A stretch of 64,000 nucleotides of DNA, taken from an uncultured Thermoleophilia bacterium (lineage in GTDB: Bacteria > Actinomycetota > Thermoleophilia > UBA2241). This document shows positions 9,988 through 18,964 of the stretch, in pieces. Positions within the stretch are counted from its first letter, which is position 1. Each line of letters begins with the position of its first letter. Where the stretch lies: contig CAVQXS010000003.1 of assembly GCA_963717965.1 (NCBI GenBank), positions 326,896 to 390,895 on the forward strand, written 5' to 3'. The position numbers and the translations under genes were made by a program. The notes beneath the pieces were generated by a model. It saw only the letters and a program-made list of their open reading frames with translations. It ran no database searches and was not told the DNA's origin.

Positions 9988-12072
9988 TCAGTTTGAGCTG
10001 GCTGACAGCTCCTGCCAGGTCCCCGGGACGACGTTCGTCTTCGTGGTGGTCGTCGTGATGGCGGTGGCCTGGAGATTCTCGAGTACCTTCTGGTTGTAGC
10101 AGATGCTGGTGTTGCTGCTGATCGTGACGTCCTTGATGCAGAAGAGCGCGCCGACGATGTTGGCGTGGCTTGCGACCGCTCCGTCGTAGCCGCCCCCTGG
10201 GTTGATGGCGGCCTCCATCAGGACCATGAGGCCGGTGAACGTGCCGCTGCTGTTCCAGACACAGGTGTTGGTGTAGAGATTGTCGTTGTCGCAGACCATG
10301 TACAGGACCATCGGCTTGTCCAGCGTACCGAAGCTACATGGCCCGCTTGTCTCGATCTTCTCCGTCGTGGCCATCAGAGGGCAGAGGACCAGGGAACTCG
10401 AGGAGGGCGAGAACTGGATGGCCACGTCGGAGGTGCCGGCATTCCCCACTACCCAAGTGGGGCCGAGAATGTGGCTGTACACGCCGCTGGGGCACTTCAG
10501 GAAGCCGGTCCACAGCGGGCCGGGGTACTGGTCGGGGTCGGGGTCCGTGTAGTCGGTGGTCTGCACCTTGAGGGGCGTGACGGCGTTCCCTCCGCTCCAG
10601 TTGCACTCGCCGCCCACGTAGATCGGCCCGAACTGCTGCACGCCGGTGGGGCCGCTGATGGTGAAGCCGTCGCGCACGTTGAGGGCGGTGGTATTGGTGG
10701 TCGTGCTGCCGTTCAAGGTGAGCGAACCCTTCACGTACAGCGACTTGAACTTGAAGATGGTCCCGGCCGCGAAGGTGCCGGTCCCGCTGTTCAGCGTGAG
10801 ACTGCCATTGACGGCCAGGTCGTTGGTGGAAGTGTAGGTCTTCGTGGCCAAATCGTAGGTGACGCCGGGGATGGTCACGATGTTCGTCGGGGTGAACTTC
10901 GTCGGGCTCACCGCGCCGTTGTCCGTCCAGGTGAAGGGCTTACCCATTCTGAAAGCGGACCCGAAGTTCTGCGCGCCGACGGTGAAGTTCCCGTTCACGT
11001 ACAGGGTGGCGGTGCTGGTGGTCGCGCCGGTCAACGTGAGCGTTCCATTCACGTACAGCGACTTGAAACGGAAGGTGGTCCCGGCCGGGAAGACGACGCC
11101 GGTGCCGCTCGTCTTGAGCGTGAGGTTGCCGCTGACATTCAGGTCGTTGGCGAAGGTATAGGTGCTCCCAACAAGGCTGGCGCCAGGGATGGTCAGGATG
11201 CTCGCCGGCGTGAACAACGTCGGGCTCACCGGGGCGGCGGTGTTGGTGGCGTTTGCCGCCGTCGGCCCGCCCGTTTGGGCTTCGAACATGAGGGCAGCCT
11301 GGTCGGCCTGGTTGAAGTAGTCGCTGAGGGCCGGCACTCCGCCCTTGGTGACGCCGGTCGAGCCCGTCGCCAAGCCGCTCACAGTGCCGTTGGCCTGGAC
11401 ACCGATCGACTGGACGCTGCTGCCCGGTGCCGCAAGGTTGGTGCTGCCGTTGCCCTTGACGTTCCCCCCAGCCATGATCTTGGTCGCGTAGTTGCCCGGG
11501 GGGTCGGGGACGTAGGCGGTGAAGTCATCGTTCACGGCATAGGCGTCGCTCGAGCCGTTGAAGTAGATGTTCTGGTCGCTGAACAAAGCCGCCTTGGGCA
11601 TTGCCTGGATTACCGTTCCCACCGTCTGGACCACCAGGACTCGCAGGCGGGATGCCTTGCCCAGGTAGGAAGTCGTCACTTCGAGCCACACCCTGTCGTC
11701 TGGGTCCGTGGGATTCCCCGGCTGTCCCTGGTCGCAGTCGATCGCCGTGTTCACGGGCGTCTGGTTGTCGTACACCCTGTACGTCACGGCAGGCCCCGAC
11801 GGATACGCGGCGTTGTAGTTGACGGCCATCTCCGCCGGAGTCAAGAAGCCTGTCGCCGACACATCGGTCTTCGACTTCACCGCGTTGACGGCGCTGTCGA
11901 GAGCGGCCTCGGCGTAGTACAGCGACGTCTTGTCCGAGCGGTCGGCGGCCGTAGCGTGCATCTGGTTGGCCAGCACCATGACGGAGGCTCCCGCCAGGAT
12001 GGCCAGCGTGGCCGTGATGCCCAGCAGGAGGATCAGAGCCGCCCCCCTTTCGTCCGTGTGCCTCTGCATCAC
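9988..12072 (-). CDS. Large PilX-N-domain minor pilin / putative pilus tip protein (694 aa)
   Basis: Hydrophobic N-terminus ERGAALILLLGITATLAILAGASVMVLANQ plus SLYYAEAALDSAVN (PilX_N-like). Two roughly 95-aa internal repeats, Thr/Asn/Gly-rich, Cys-rich C-terminus. The ATGA overlap couples it to the upstream gene. Confidence 0.7.
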   Translation of the reverse strand: MMQRHTDERGAALILLLGITATLAILAGASVMVLANQMHATAADRSDKTSLYYAEAALDSAVNAVKSKTDVSATGFLTPAEMAVNYNAAYPSGPAVTYRVYDNQTPVNTAIDCDQGQPGNPTDPDDRVWLEVTTSYLGKASRLRVLVVQTVGTVIQAMPKAALFSDQNIYFNGSSDAYAVNDDFTAYVPDPPGNYATKIMAGGNVKGNGSTNLAAPGSSVQSIGVQANGTVSGLATGSTGVTKGGVPALSDYFNQADQAALMFEAQTGGPTAANATNTAAPVSPTLFTPASILTIPGASLVGSTYTFANDLNVSGNLTLKTSGTGVVFPAGTTFRFKSLYVNGTLTLTGATTSTATLYVNGNFTVGAQNFGSAFRMGKPFTWTDNGAVSPTKFTPTNIVTIPGVTYDLATKTYTSTNDLAVNGSLTLNSGTGTFAAGTIFKFKSLYVKGSLTLNGSTTTNTTALNVRDGFTISGPTGVQQFGPIYVGGECNWSGGNAVTPLKVQTTDYTDPDPDQYPGPLWTGFLKCPSGVYSHILGPTWVVGNAGTSDVAIQFSPSSSSLVLCPLMATTEKIETSGPCSFGTLDKPMVLYMVCDNDNLYTNTCVWNSSGTFTGLMVLMEAAINPGGGYDGAVASHANIVGALFCIKDVTISSNTSICYNQKVLENLQATAITTTTTKTNVVPGTWQELSASSN

Positions 12073-12773
12073 TCCTCCTCTAGGAAGCCGGCGGCCGAAT
12101 TGCGTGGACGCACGGTGGTACTCATGTCGATGAAGTTCGGCGAATGGCCCACGTTTGAGTCGACGGCGAGCCGGATCTGCACCGAGACGATCTTGCTCGG
12201 GTCGGCGAGGGAGGTCGCCGTGACGTAGTTTCCGCTTTCTTTGTAGCCGTAGGTGAAGACGTAGGGGATGTTCACGGTCGAGGCCCCGTTCACGACGTCC
12301 TTCGCGAGGACCATCGTCCTGTCCGCGGAGGTGAACGCCAGGTCACCGTCGGTGTCGCGCTGCCAATTCAGCGTCTTCTGATCACCGGATCCGGTCAGGT
12401 AGAGCCGGGTCAACCGCAGCGCAGAGCTGCTCATGCCGCTCCCGTCGGCGCGGGCGCCGGCCTGGTTGTACGACGAGTAGAAGACGCACTCGTACGGGCT
12501 GGCGGTCTGAATCGGGCGCGCGGTGGGCGACGTGGTCGGCGGCTGGCAGTCGCGAAGCTCGCTCGACATGCGGGAGAGCGCGTCCCGCACCGTCGCTCGC
12601 GCCGTGTTGGCGCGCTGCGTGAACGCGAAGGAATCTTGGAGAGAGATCCAGCCACCCACCAGCATGGTGCTGAGGATCGTCATGATGCTCATCGCGACAA
12701 GGAGCTCGACGAGCGTGATTCCGGCCTGAGCCCCTCGCCGCTTCCTGGGTGCCGTTGTCATCGTCGGCCTCAT
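12069..12773 (-). CDS. Prepilin-type N-terminal cleavage/methylation domain protein (PilW/GspJ-like pseudopilin)
   Basis: RRGAQAG/ITLVELLVAMSIMTILSTML with Glu at +5. The start ATG at 12773 overlaps the upstream stop (ATGA). Confidence 0.8.
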   Translation of the reverse strand: MRPTMTTAPRKRRGAQAGITLVELLVAMSIMTILSTMLVGGWISLQDSFAFTQRANTARATVRDALSRMSSELRDCQPPTTSPTARPIQTASPYECVFYSSYNQAGARADGSGMSSSALRLTRLYLTGSGDQKTLNWQRDTDGDLAFTSADRTMVLAKDVVNGASTVNIPYVFTYGYKESGNYVTATSLADPSKIVSVQIRLAVDSNVGHSPNFIDMSTTVRPRNSAAGFLEEE

Positions 12774-13558
12774 GATCCGCCCGGGTTCGTATCGAAGTGG
12801 ATCGGGGTGTCGCTGAGCAGGTGGAAGGGCGGAGTGGTGAAGGTCCCGTTCGACGTGGCGCACGTCACTGTGTAGGTGATGTCAGTGCCGCCTGGAACCC
12901 CGGTCCAGGAGACCTTCGGGCTGCCGGCGGAGGGGTACAGTATCGCCTGCACCTGGCCTGCGGAGGGTGCGGTGCGCTTGAGGGTGACGCCCTTCGGGGT
13001 CTTCCCGGAGCTGGACTGATAGACGTAGGTCCAGTTCTTGAACGAGACCGTGATCTTGAAGGGGCCCATGGAAGGCAGCGGGGTGTTGGTGGGTGCCGGG
13101 TTCCCCGACGACGTCACGATCTCTTCGTCCGCAGGGTCCACGATGATCGTGTTCATGGTGGTGACGTAGTCTGAGTCCGACCACTTGACCTGTACCGTGA
13201 CCTTCTTGTGCTTCGTCTGCTCGCCGACGACGTAGTCAATGTAGTAGGGCCGGCTGCTGCCGGCGAGCGCGTAGGTGTGCCCGAACCTGCCGTCCCCGAA
13301 GTCGCTCGTCGGAGGGTGGTTCAGGTTGTCGGGGCTCGAGGTGACGACCTCGTAGTTGAGCAGGCGTATCTGCTCGATACGGTCCTGGGCGATGTTCGTG
13401 GCCGTGACGCGGAAGCCGTCGGCCGCCGACTTCTTCAGGGCGCCGGCAAACACCGGCACCATGGCCGCGAAGATGATACCGGCCAACACGATGGTCACCA
13501 AGAGCTCCACGAAGCTGAAGCCCTGGGGGGAACGTCTTACGCGTGCCGCGTTGTTCAT
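12770..13558 (-). CDS. Prepilin-type N-terminal cleavage/methylation domain protein (pseudopilin)
   Basis: MNNAARVRRSPQG/FSFVELLVTIVLAGIIFAAMVPVF with Glu at +5. ATG at 13558 preceded by GGGGAGGAG. Confidence 0.8.
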   Translation of the reverse strand: MNNAARVRRSPQGFSFVELLVTIVLAGIIFAAMVPVFAGALKKSAADGFRVTATNIAQDRIEQIRLLNYEVVTSSPDNLNHPPTSDFGDGRFGHTYALAGSSRPYYIDYVVGEQTKHKKVTVQVKWSDSDYVTTMNTIIVDPADEEIVTSSGNPAPTNTPLPSMGPFKITVSFKNWTYVYQSSSGKTPKGVTLKRTAPSAGQVQAILYPSAGSPKVSWTGVPGGTDITYTVTCATSNGTFTTPPFHLLSDTPIHFDTNPGGS

Positions 13559-14123
13559 AGCTTCACACTCCTCCCCGTCGGCTCTGGGGAGCCCAGAGGG
13601 TTCGCGGACCACCAGGTCCGTGCCTGCTCCACAGGGCGCGTATCGACGCGATACGGGCAGACATGAGCCGTCCGCCCCTAGAAGTGTATTCAGCATAGAC
13701 ACCACCCTGCCTCCCCTGCGGCCGCCCCATACCTCGGTCGGCACCGTCGCACTGCGCAAACAGACTTGTGGCTTGAAGCCCTCATGTGCCAAAGACCACA
13801 ACCCACGACTTCACAGTATAGACCTTCGTCCCCTTCGGTCCTCTTGCCCAGAGAACACTCGTCTAGGAGCCTGGCTGACGACCATGCCCAGGTTGGCCCC
13901 GACCGGATGCCCACCGCGACACACTGTCGCGTGGGCGGTGGGGCGAATACGAGAGGACGACAACCTGCGGAAGATGCGGCCCGCTGCCCGCCGCCACTAT
14001 CGGATGCCGACGAATCTGCCGATGTTCATCTGGAATACAATGCGCGCGAGGTCGTGCGGCCATCGTTGCCCAAGGATTCGCACGTCCGCAACTACGGCCC
14101 AACCGATACCAGGAGGCGGGGTT

Positions 14124-15119
14124 ATGAGAAGAAAGTTCTCGGCGTTCGTCGCGTGTCTTGCAGGCACGATGCTGCTCGTCGTGCCGGGCGCAATGGCGGC
14201 GATCACGGTCACCAGCATCGATCCGTCGAGCGGAACCGCGGGCGCAACGGTCCAGTGCACGGTCACCGGCAGCTTCAACCTTCCACTTGACGTGGCCGTC
14301 GACGGGACCACGTACAAGACGCCGGAGTTCTCCCTCGACAATGGGGTCGGCCTCGTCGTTCCGGGCGCCACGGACGCCGCCTCCGTCACGGCGACGTCGG
14401 CGCGCGTCTCGTTCGCCCTGCCGGCCGGCGCCCCTGCCGTCTGGTACGCGCTCAAGGCGAGCCAGAAGCGCAGCGTCTTCATCATCGACTTCACCGACAA
14501 AGCTTCTCTGTCCCACGCCTTCCAGGTGGTCCCCGCGATCTCCTCGCTCAGCCCGTACATCTCCACGACCCGGGCCGACGACCTCACGCTGACCGTGAAC
14601 GGGGGCAGCTTCGTCGCGTCGAGCCCTGGCGTCGAGGGCTCCAGCGTGCGCTGGAACGGGGAGGCGCTCGCGACCACGTTCAACTCGGCCACGAGGCTGA
14701 CGGCCATCGTTCCGGCCGCCAAGCTGACCACTGCCGGGACGGCCGAGGTGACGGTGCTGAACGTGACCGACGGCACGACCAGCGCCCCCAAGACCTTCGC
14801 GATCGACACCACGAAGCCGTCGACCGACGCCATCAACGCGATCAGCGTGAAACGGGGCAAGACCGCCAAGCTGCAGTTCCGCATCAGCGAGCCGGCCGGT
14901 CACAGCCCCAGCGCGCAGGTGGTCCTCAAGGTCAAGGCCGTGAAGGGCTCCAGAACGGTCAAGACGATCACCATCAAGAACGTGGCCATGAACGTTGTGC
15001 GGACGTCCAGCTTCAAGGTCACCTTGAAGAAGGGGTCCTACAAGTGGTACGTCTACGCCACCGACCTCGCCGGCAACACGCAGTCCAACGTTGACAAGGC
15101 GTCCTTCAAGGTGAAGTGA
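14124..15119 (+). CDS. Secreted IPT/TIG-repeat protein with C-terminal Ig-like domain
   Basis: ATG behind AGGAGG. Signal peptide MRRKFSAFVACLAGTMLLVVPGAMA. ITVTSIDPSSGTAGATV and PAISSLSP...LTLTVNGGSF IPT-like repeats. Lys-rich beta-type C-terminal domain. Confidence 0.7.
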   Translation: MRRKFSAFVACLAGTMLLVVPGAMAAITVTSIDPSSGTAGATVQCTVTGSFNLPLDVAVDGTTYKTPEFSLDNGVGLVVPGATDAASVTATSARVSFALPAGAPAVWYALKASQKRSVFIIDFTDKASLSHAFQVVPAISSLSPYISTTRADDLTLTVNGGSFVASSPGVEGSSVRWNGEALATTFNSATRLTAIVPAAKLTTAGTAEVTVLNVTDGTTSAPKTFAIDTTKPSTDAINAISVKRGKTAKLQFRISEPAGHSPSAQVVLKVKAVKGSRTVKTITIKNVAMNVVRTSSFKVTLKKGSYKWYVYATDLAGNTQSNVDKASFKVK

Positions 15120-15378
15120 GGCTGCCCAGGTCGAGCGTCTCGGCGAGCGTCGTGGCCGCGAAGCGTCGCGTCGCGGAGAGTATCGAACCAGGAGCCAGGA
15201 GGCGCTGGCAAACCAGCGCCACGACTAGGTCGCGCTCGCGGCAGCGTCGTCGACTGAGCACGCGCTCCAGGTCGAGGGCGCGCAGTGTGCCGAGCAGCGC
15301 CGCCGCGTGGCCATGGGGCAGCGAGCTCTCGACGGTAGGCTCGGCCTCTGCGTCCGCCAGCGCCCGCCCCGCGATCAT
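15106..15378 (-). mobile_element. IS1634/IS4-like transposase N-terminal fragment (remnant)
   Basis: HGHAAALLGTLRALDLERVLSRRRCRERDLVVALVCQRLLAPGSILSATRRF..TLAETLDLG resembles the N-terminal region of IS1634-family transposases. It is only about 90 aa long and overlaps the 3' end of the IPT/TIG gene. Confidence 0.4.
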
Positions 15379-15473
15379 GGCGCGGATGGCGGCGATGATC
15401 TCGGGCGGCAGGTTCTAGAGGTTGCCGATCGTCTCGCTACGGACCCTGCCGCCGTCTCTTCCCCGGTGCCGCC

Positions 15474-15680
15474 TTGGCTCACCAAATGGGCGGACTCCCG
15501 TGCATACGAGGTCTCCGCATCCCGGTGGCCACAGTCATCGACATGGTCGCTGACGGCATGGCCCCCGCCGATATCATCGATGCCCTCCCCGACTTGCAGC
15601 CCCAAGACATCGAGCAGGAATTTCACCACGCGGCCGAAAGCGTCCGCGAGCGGGAGATCCCGATCCGGGCAGCCTCCTGA
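15474..15680 (+). CDS. DUF433-domain protein (antitoxin-like)
   Basis: GGLPCIRGLRIPVATVIDMVADGMAPADIIDALPDLQPQDIEQEFHHAAE matches the DUF433 pattern (GG-P-I-G-RI-V...). Confidence 0.65.
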   Translation: MAHQMGGLPCIRGLRIPVATVIDMVADGMAPADIIDALPDLQPQDIEQEFHHAAESVREREIPIRAAS

Positions 15681-15936
15681 AGTTCCTCGTCGACAACGCC
15701 ATCTCGCCGGGCGTTGGTGTCCGCCGACTCCGACTTCAGCACGATCCTTGCCATCCGCGCTCAGAGCAAGCCCCCGCTCGTTCTCTTCCGGCGTGGCGCT
15801 GACCGGCGCCCGGATGCTCAGCTCGCGCTGCTGATCGACAAGCTGGCGTAGAACGCCGGCGACCTCCACGCGGGAAGGGTGGTTATCATCGAGCAGGCGA
15901 GGATTCGCATCAGGCCACTCCCGATCGGCGGTTAGG
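15677..15936 (+). pseudogene. DUF5615 (PIN-like toxin partner of DUF433) remnant
   Basis: [11 protein letters not shown] (CTG where ATG is expected, overlapping the DUF433 stop), then in another frame [55 protein letters not shown]. The middle of the domain is missing. Confidence 0.4.
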
Positions 15937-15954
15937 CGGCGCGGTGGGTACTAA

Positions 15955-18912
15955 CTACCGCTGCTGCAGGCGCTGGAGATCCGTGAGCGCCTGCTCCAGC
16001 GCCTTGATGCGGCGGCCGTACTCGGCGAAGTCGCCGGCCTTGAGCGCCTGCTGGGCGGCGTTGAACTCGCTGTTGGCGCGCGCGATGAGGGCGCGCGCCT
16101 GCGCGCTCAGCGTGCCCGTCGCCCCCCCGGTGGTCCCGCCGCCGGTACCGCCCGTGCCCCCGGTGCCGCTGCCGGTCCCGGTGCCGCCCGACTCGTTGCC
16201 CGGCAGGAAGCTCTGCCCGAAGGCCGCGAGGAGCGCCTCGGAGAGCGTGGGCTTCATGGCGACGACCTGCTCGGCGTTGCCCTGGCCGCCGGCCGGAGCC
16301 GGGGCGCGGTAGAACACGATCACGCGCTTGAGCTGCGGCAGCTGCGTCTCCGTCGACTGCAGGTAGAGCGGCTGCACGTAGAGCAGCGAGTCCTCGATGG
16401 GCACCACGAGCAGGTTGCCCATGATCACCTGCGAGCCCTGCTGCCCCCAGAGGGTGCGCTGGGAGCTGATCTCGGGATCCTGGTTGATCGTCGCTTCCAC
16501 CTGGCTGGGCCCGAACACCGTGTAGCTCTTGGAGAAGACGTAGTTGAGCGACTTGCCGTAGTCGGGCAGGTCGGAGCGGGCGCCGAGCCAGGAGATCATG
16601 TTCTGGCGGCCGTTCGGCACGAACGGCAGCATGAGCAGGAACTCCTCCTTGGCGGCGCCCGGCAGCTTCATGACCACGTAGTACGCGTCCATCCGCCCCG
16701 GACCCGAGAGCGCGACGTTGTCGGGGATCGCCCACTGGTCGCCCTTGTTGTACAGGACGTCGGCGTTGTCGACGTGATAGGTCGAGTACACCTCGGCCTG
16801 CACGTTGAACAGGTCCTCCGGATAGCGCAGGTGGTCGAGCAGCGGCTGCGGCATCTGCTCCTTGGGCGTGAACAGCGACGGGTAGGCCGCCTGGTAGGTC
16901 TTGAGCAGCGGGTCTTTGGGGTCGAACACGTAGTACTTCATCGTGCCGTTGTAGGCGTCGACCACGATCTTCACCGAGTTGCGCAGGTAGTTCACGCCGC
17001 TCTGGGGCGTGGAGTACGGGTACCTGTCGGTGGTCGTGTAGGCGTCCTGCACCCACCACAGGCGACCGTCGGCGATGACCATGTACGGGTCGTGGTCCAG
17101 CGTCAGGAAGGGCGCCGCGGCGCTGATGCGCTCGCGGATGTCGTTGCGGATGATGATGCGACTCTGGCTCTCGATGGACGAGGTGGTGAAGAACTTGATC
17201 GTGCCGAAGTGCACGGAGAAGGCGAGGCGGTTGAGGAGCGGCGAGACGGGGATGCCGCCGCTCCCCTTGTACGTGTCGTACACGTCGCCGTTGGGCCCGG
17301 GATAGTCGAACTCCTGGTCCTTGGTCTTCACCAGGCTGTAGCCGGTGCCGCGCTCGCCGTAGTAGATGCGCGGCTGCGTGACCTCCAGACCCGCCACGCT
17401 CTGCGGCGGGATGTCCTGCACGAGGAAGTCGGGGGACCCGTCGCTGGTGACCTGGTTCACGGCCGACATCGCGACGCCGAAGCCGTGCGTGTAGGTGATG
17501 TGCTGGTTGACCCAGGTCTGCGCCTGGGCCGGCAGGCCGTCGATGTTGAGCTCGCGCGGCGAGAGCATCGTCTGGCGGTAGACGCCGTTCACCGTGTAGC
17601 GGTCGACGTCGGCGTCGAGGAACGAGTAGTACGGCCGGAGCTCCTGCAGCTGCCGGTAGCTCGTGACCAGCGTGTTCGGGTCCCACAGGCGGATGTTGCG
17701 CAGCGTGGGCTGGTTGTCGGCCAGCTTCTGCGGCGTGAGCGGGGTCTTCGGGGAGAGATTCGTCTGGGTGATGTTCTCGAGCTGGTAGGCCAGCCTGGTC
17801 GCCGCCAGGTTGTTCGAGATGTACTCGCGTTCCTTGGTGAGCTGGTTCGGGTTGACGATGAGCGACTGGTACACGCTCGGGACGATGCCGCGGAGCAGGA
17901 TGACGGCGACGATCCACACGGCGATGACGACCGGCCACCACTGGTGCCGCTTCCAGATGTTCCAGACCAGGACGGCGGCCAGCAGAAAGGCGATGGCCAT
18001 GGTGACGTACGTGAGCGGCAGCCGGATGTGCACGTCGGTGTAGCCGGCGCCGTAGATCGCCCCGGCCGTGGAGTACAGGAGGTTCCAGCCCCGGAAGAGC
18101 TGGCCGACGCCGACCACGACGAAGATCGCCGCGAGGATGCCGGAGAGATGGGCGACGGCGCGGCCGCCGAGCTTGACGTCGAACTGCGGCAGCTGCGGCG
18201 TGGCGGCGCGCTGCGCGCGGGCGAACGGCGAGGCCGGTCCGGCCTCGCCCGCTCCCGCGCCGCCGGCGTCAGATGCGTCGCCCCGGCGACCCGTCTGGGT
18301 GAGATCGATGCCGCCCATCACGACGTGCATGATCGCGGCCAGCACCAGTGACGCGACCAGCGCGCCGAAGACGAAGCTCTGCAGCGCCTGCCACATCGGC
18401 AGCGAGAACACGTAGAAGCCGACGTCGTGACCGAAGATCGCATCCTTCTCGCCGAACGGAGTCTGCTTGACGTAGAGGAGGAAGGTCTGCCACTGCGCCG
18501 AGGCCGAGACGCCGGCGATGAGGGCGGCCAGGACGCTCACGCCCAGGCCGCCCCACCCGACCCACCGGCGCACCTGGTCGCTCCGAGGTTCGAGCAGGTC
18601 GCCCCTCGCGGTGACGCGGTAGCTCGGCGCCAGCCGGCGGGCGAGCTCCACGTTGAACGCGACGATGACGAGGAAGATGGCGAAGGCGATGACGCCCACG
18701 AGGACCCGCCACCAGATCCGCGTCCAGAAGACGCCGCGGTAGCCGACCTCGCCGAACCAGAGCCAGTCGACGTAGAGGCCCAGCAGCCGGCTGCCGAAGA
18801 CCAGCACCAGGACGACGAGCGCGATGATGAGCGAAGTGATGACGCGGCGTCGCGTCGAACGGCGTGGCGGGGCGGCGGGCTTCTTGGGACGCATGGGACG
18901 GACGTTGTCCAT
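15955..18912 (-). CDS. UPF0182-family large integral membrane protein
   Basis: 985 aa. N-terminal multi-TM region (LGLYVDWLWFGEVGYRGVFWTRIWWR) plus a large C-terminal soluble part typical of actinobacterial UPF0182 (COG1615). Gly/Thr-rich linker and coiled-coil tail. TAG stop. Confidence 0.8.
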   Translation of the reverse strand: MDNVRPMRPKKPAAPPRRSTRRRVITSLIIALVVLVLVFGSRLLGLYVDWLWFGEVGYRGVFWTRIWWRVLVGVIAFAIFLVIVAFNVELARRLAPSYRVTARGDLLEPRSDQVRRWVGWGGLGVSVLAALIAGVSASAQWQTFLLYVKQTPFGEKDAIFGHDVGFYVFSLPMWQALQSFVFGALVASLVLAAIMHVVMGGIDLTQTGRRGDASDAGGAGAGEAGPASPFARAQRAATPQLPQFDVKLGGRAVAHLSGILAAIFVVVGVGQLFRGWNLLYSTAGAIYGAGYTDVHIRLPLTYVTMAIAFLLAAVLVWNIWKRHQWWPVVIAVWIVAVILLRGIVPSVYQSLIVNPNQLTKEREYISNNLAATRLAYQLENITQTNLSPKTPLTPQKLADNQPTLRNIRLWDPNTLVTSYRQLQELRPYYSFLDADVDRYTVNGVYRQTMLSPRELNIDGLPAQAQTWVNQHITYTHGFGVAMSAVNQVTSDGSPDFLVQDIPPQSVAGLEVTQPRIYYGERGTGYSLVKTKDQEFDYPGPNGDVYDTYKGSGGIPVSPLLNRLAFSVHFGTIKFFTTSSIESQSRIIIRNDIRERISAAAPFLTLDHDPYMVIADGRLWWVQDAYTTTDRYPYSTPQSGVNYLRNSVKIVVDAYNGTMKYYVFDPKDPLLKTYQAAYPSLFTPKEQMPQPLLDHLRYPEDLFNVQAEVYSTYHVDNADVLYNKGDQWAIPDNVALSGPGRMDAYYVVMKLPGAAKEEFLLMLPFVPNGRQNMISWLGARSDLPDYGKSLNYVFSKSYTVFGPSQVEATINQDPEISSQRTLWGQQGSQVIMGNLLVVPIEDSLLYVQPLYLQSTETQLPQLKRVIVFYRAPAPAGGQGNAEQVVAMKPTLSEALLAAFGQSFLPGNESGGTGTGSGTGGTGGTGGGTTGGATGTLSAQARALIARANSEFNAAQQALKAGDFAEYGRRIKALEQALTDLQRLQQR

Positions 18913-18964
18913 GCCCGGAGTATGTCAGATTCGCGGCCCGAGGAAACCGGGCGGCCGAGCGGCG

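Noticed and set aside
13559-14123. Possible c-di-GMP or other riboswitch in the 565-nt divergent region between the pseudopilin operon and the IPT/TIG gene.
   Set aside because: There is only a vague resemblance (GCACTGCGCAAACAG) to GEMM-I, and the second conserved half is missing. The region is reported only as a long intergenic segment with palindromes.
15840-15936. Second in-frame TAG inside a conserved domain (DUF5615: ..LLIDKLA-TAG-NAGDLHAGRVVIIEQARIRIRPLPI), considered as further evidence of UAG read-through.
   Set aside because: This gene is otherwise clearly degraded: lost start codon, internal deletion and frame change. The TAG is best read as an ordinary nonsense mutation in a pseudogene.
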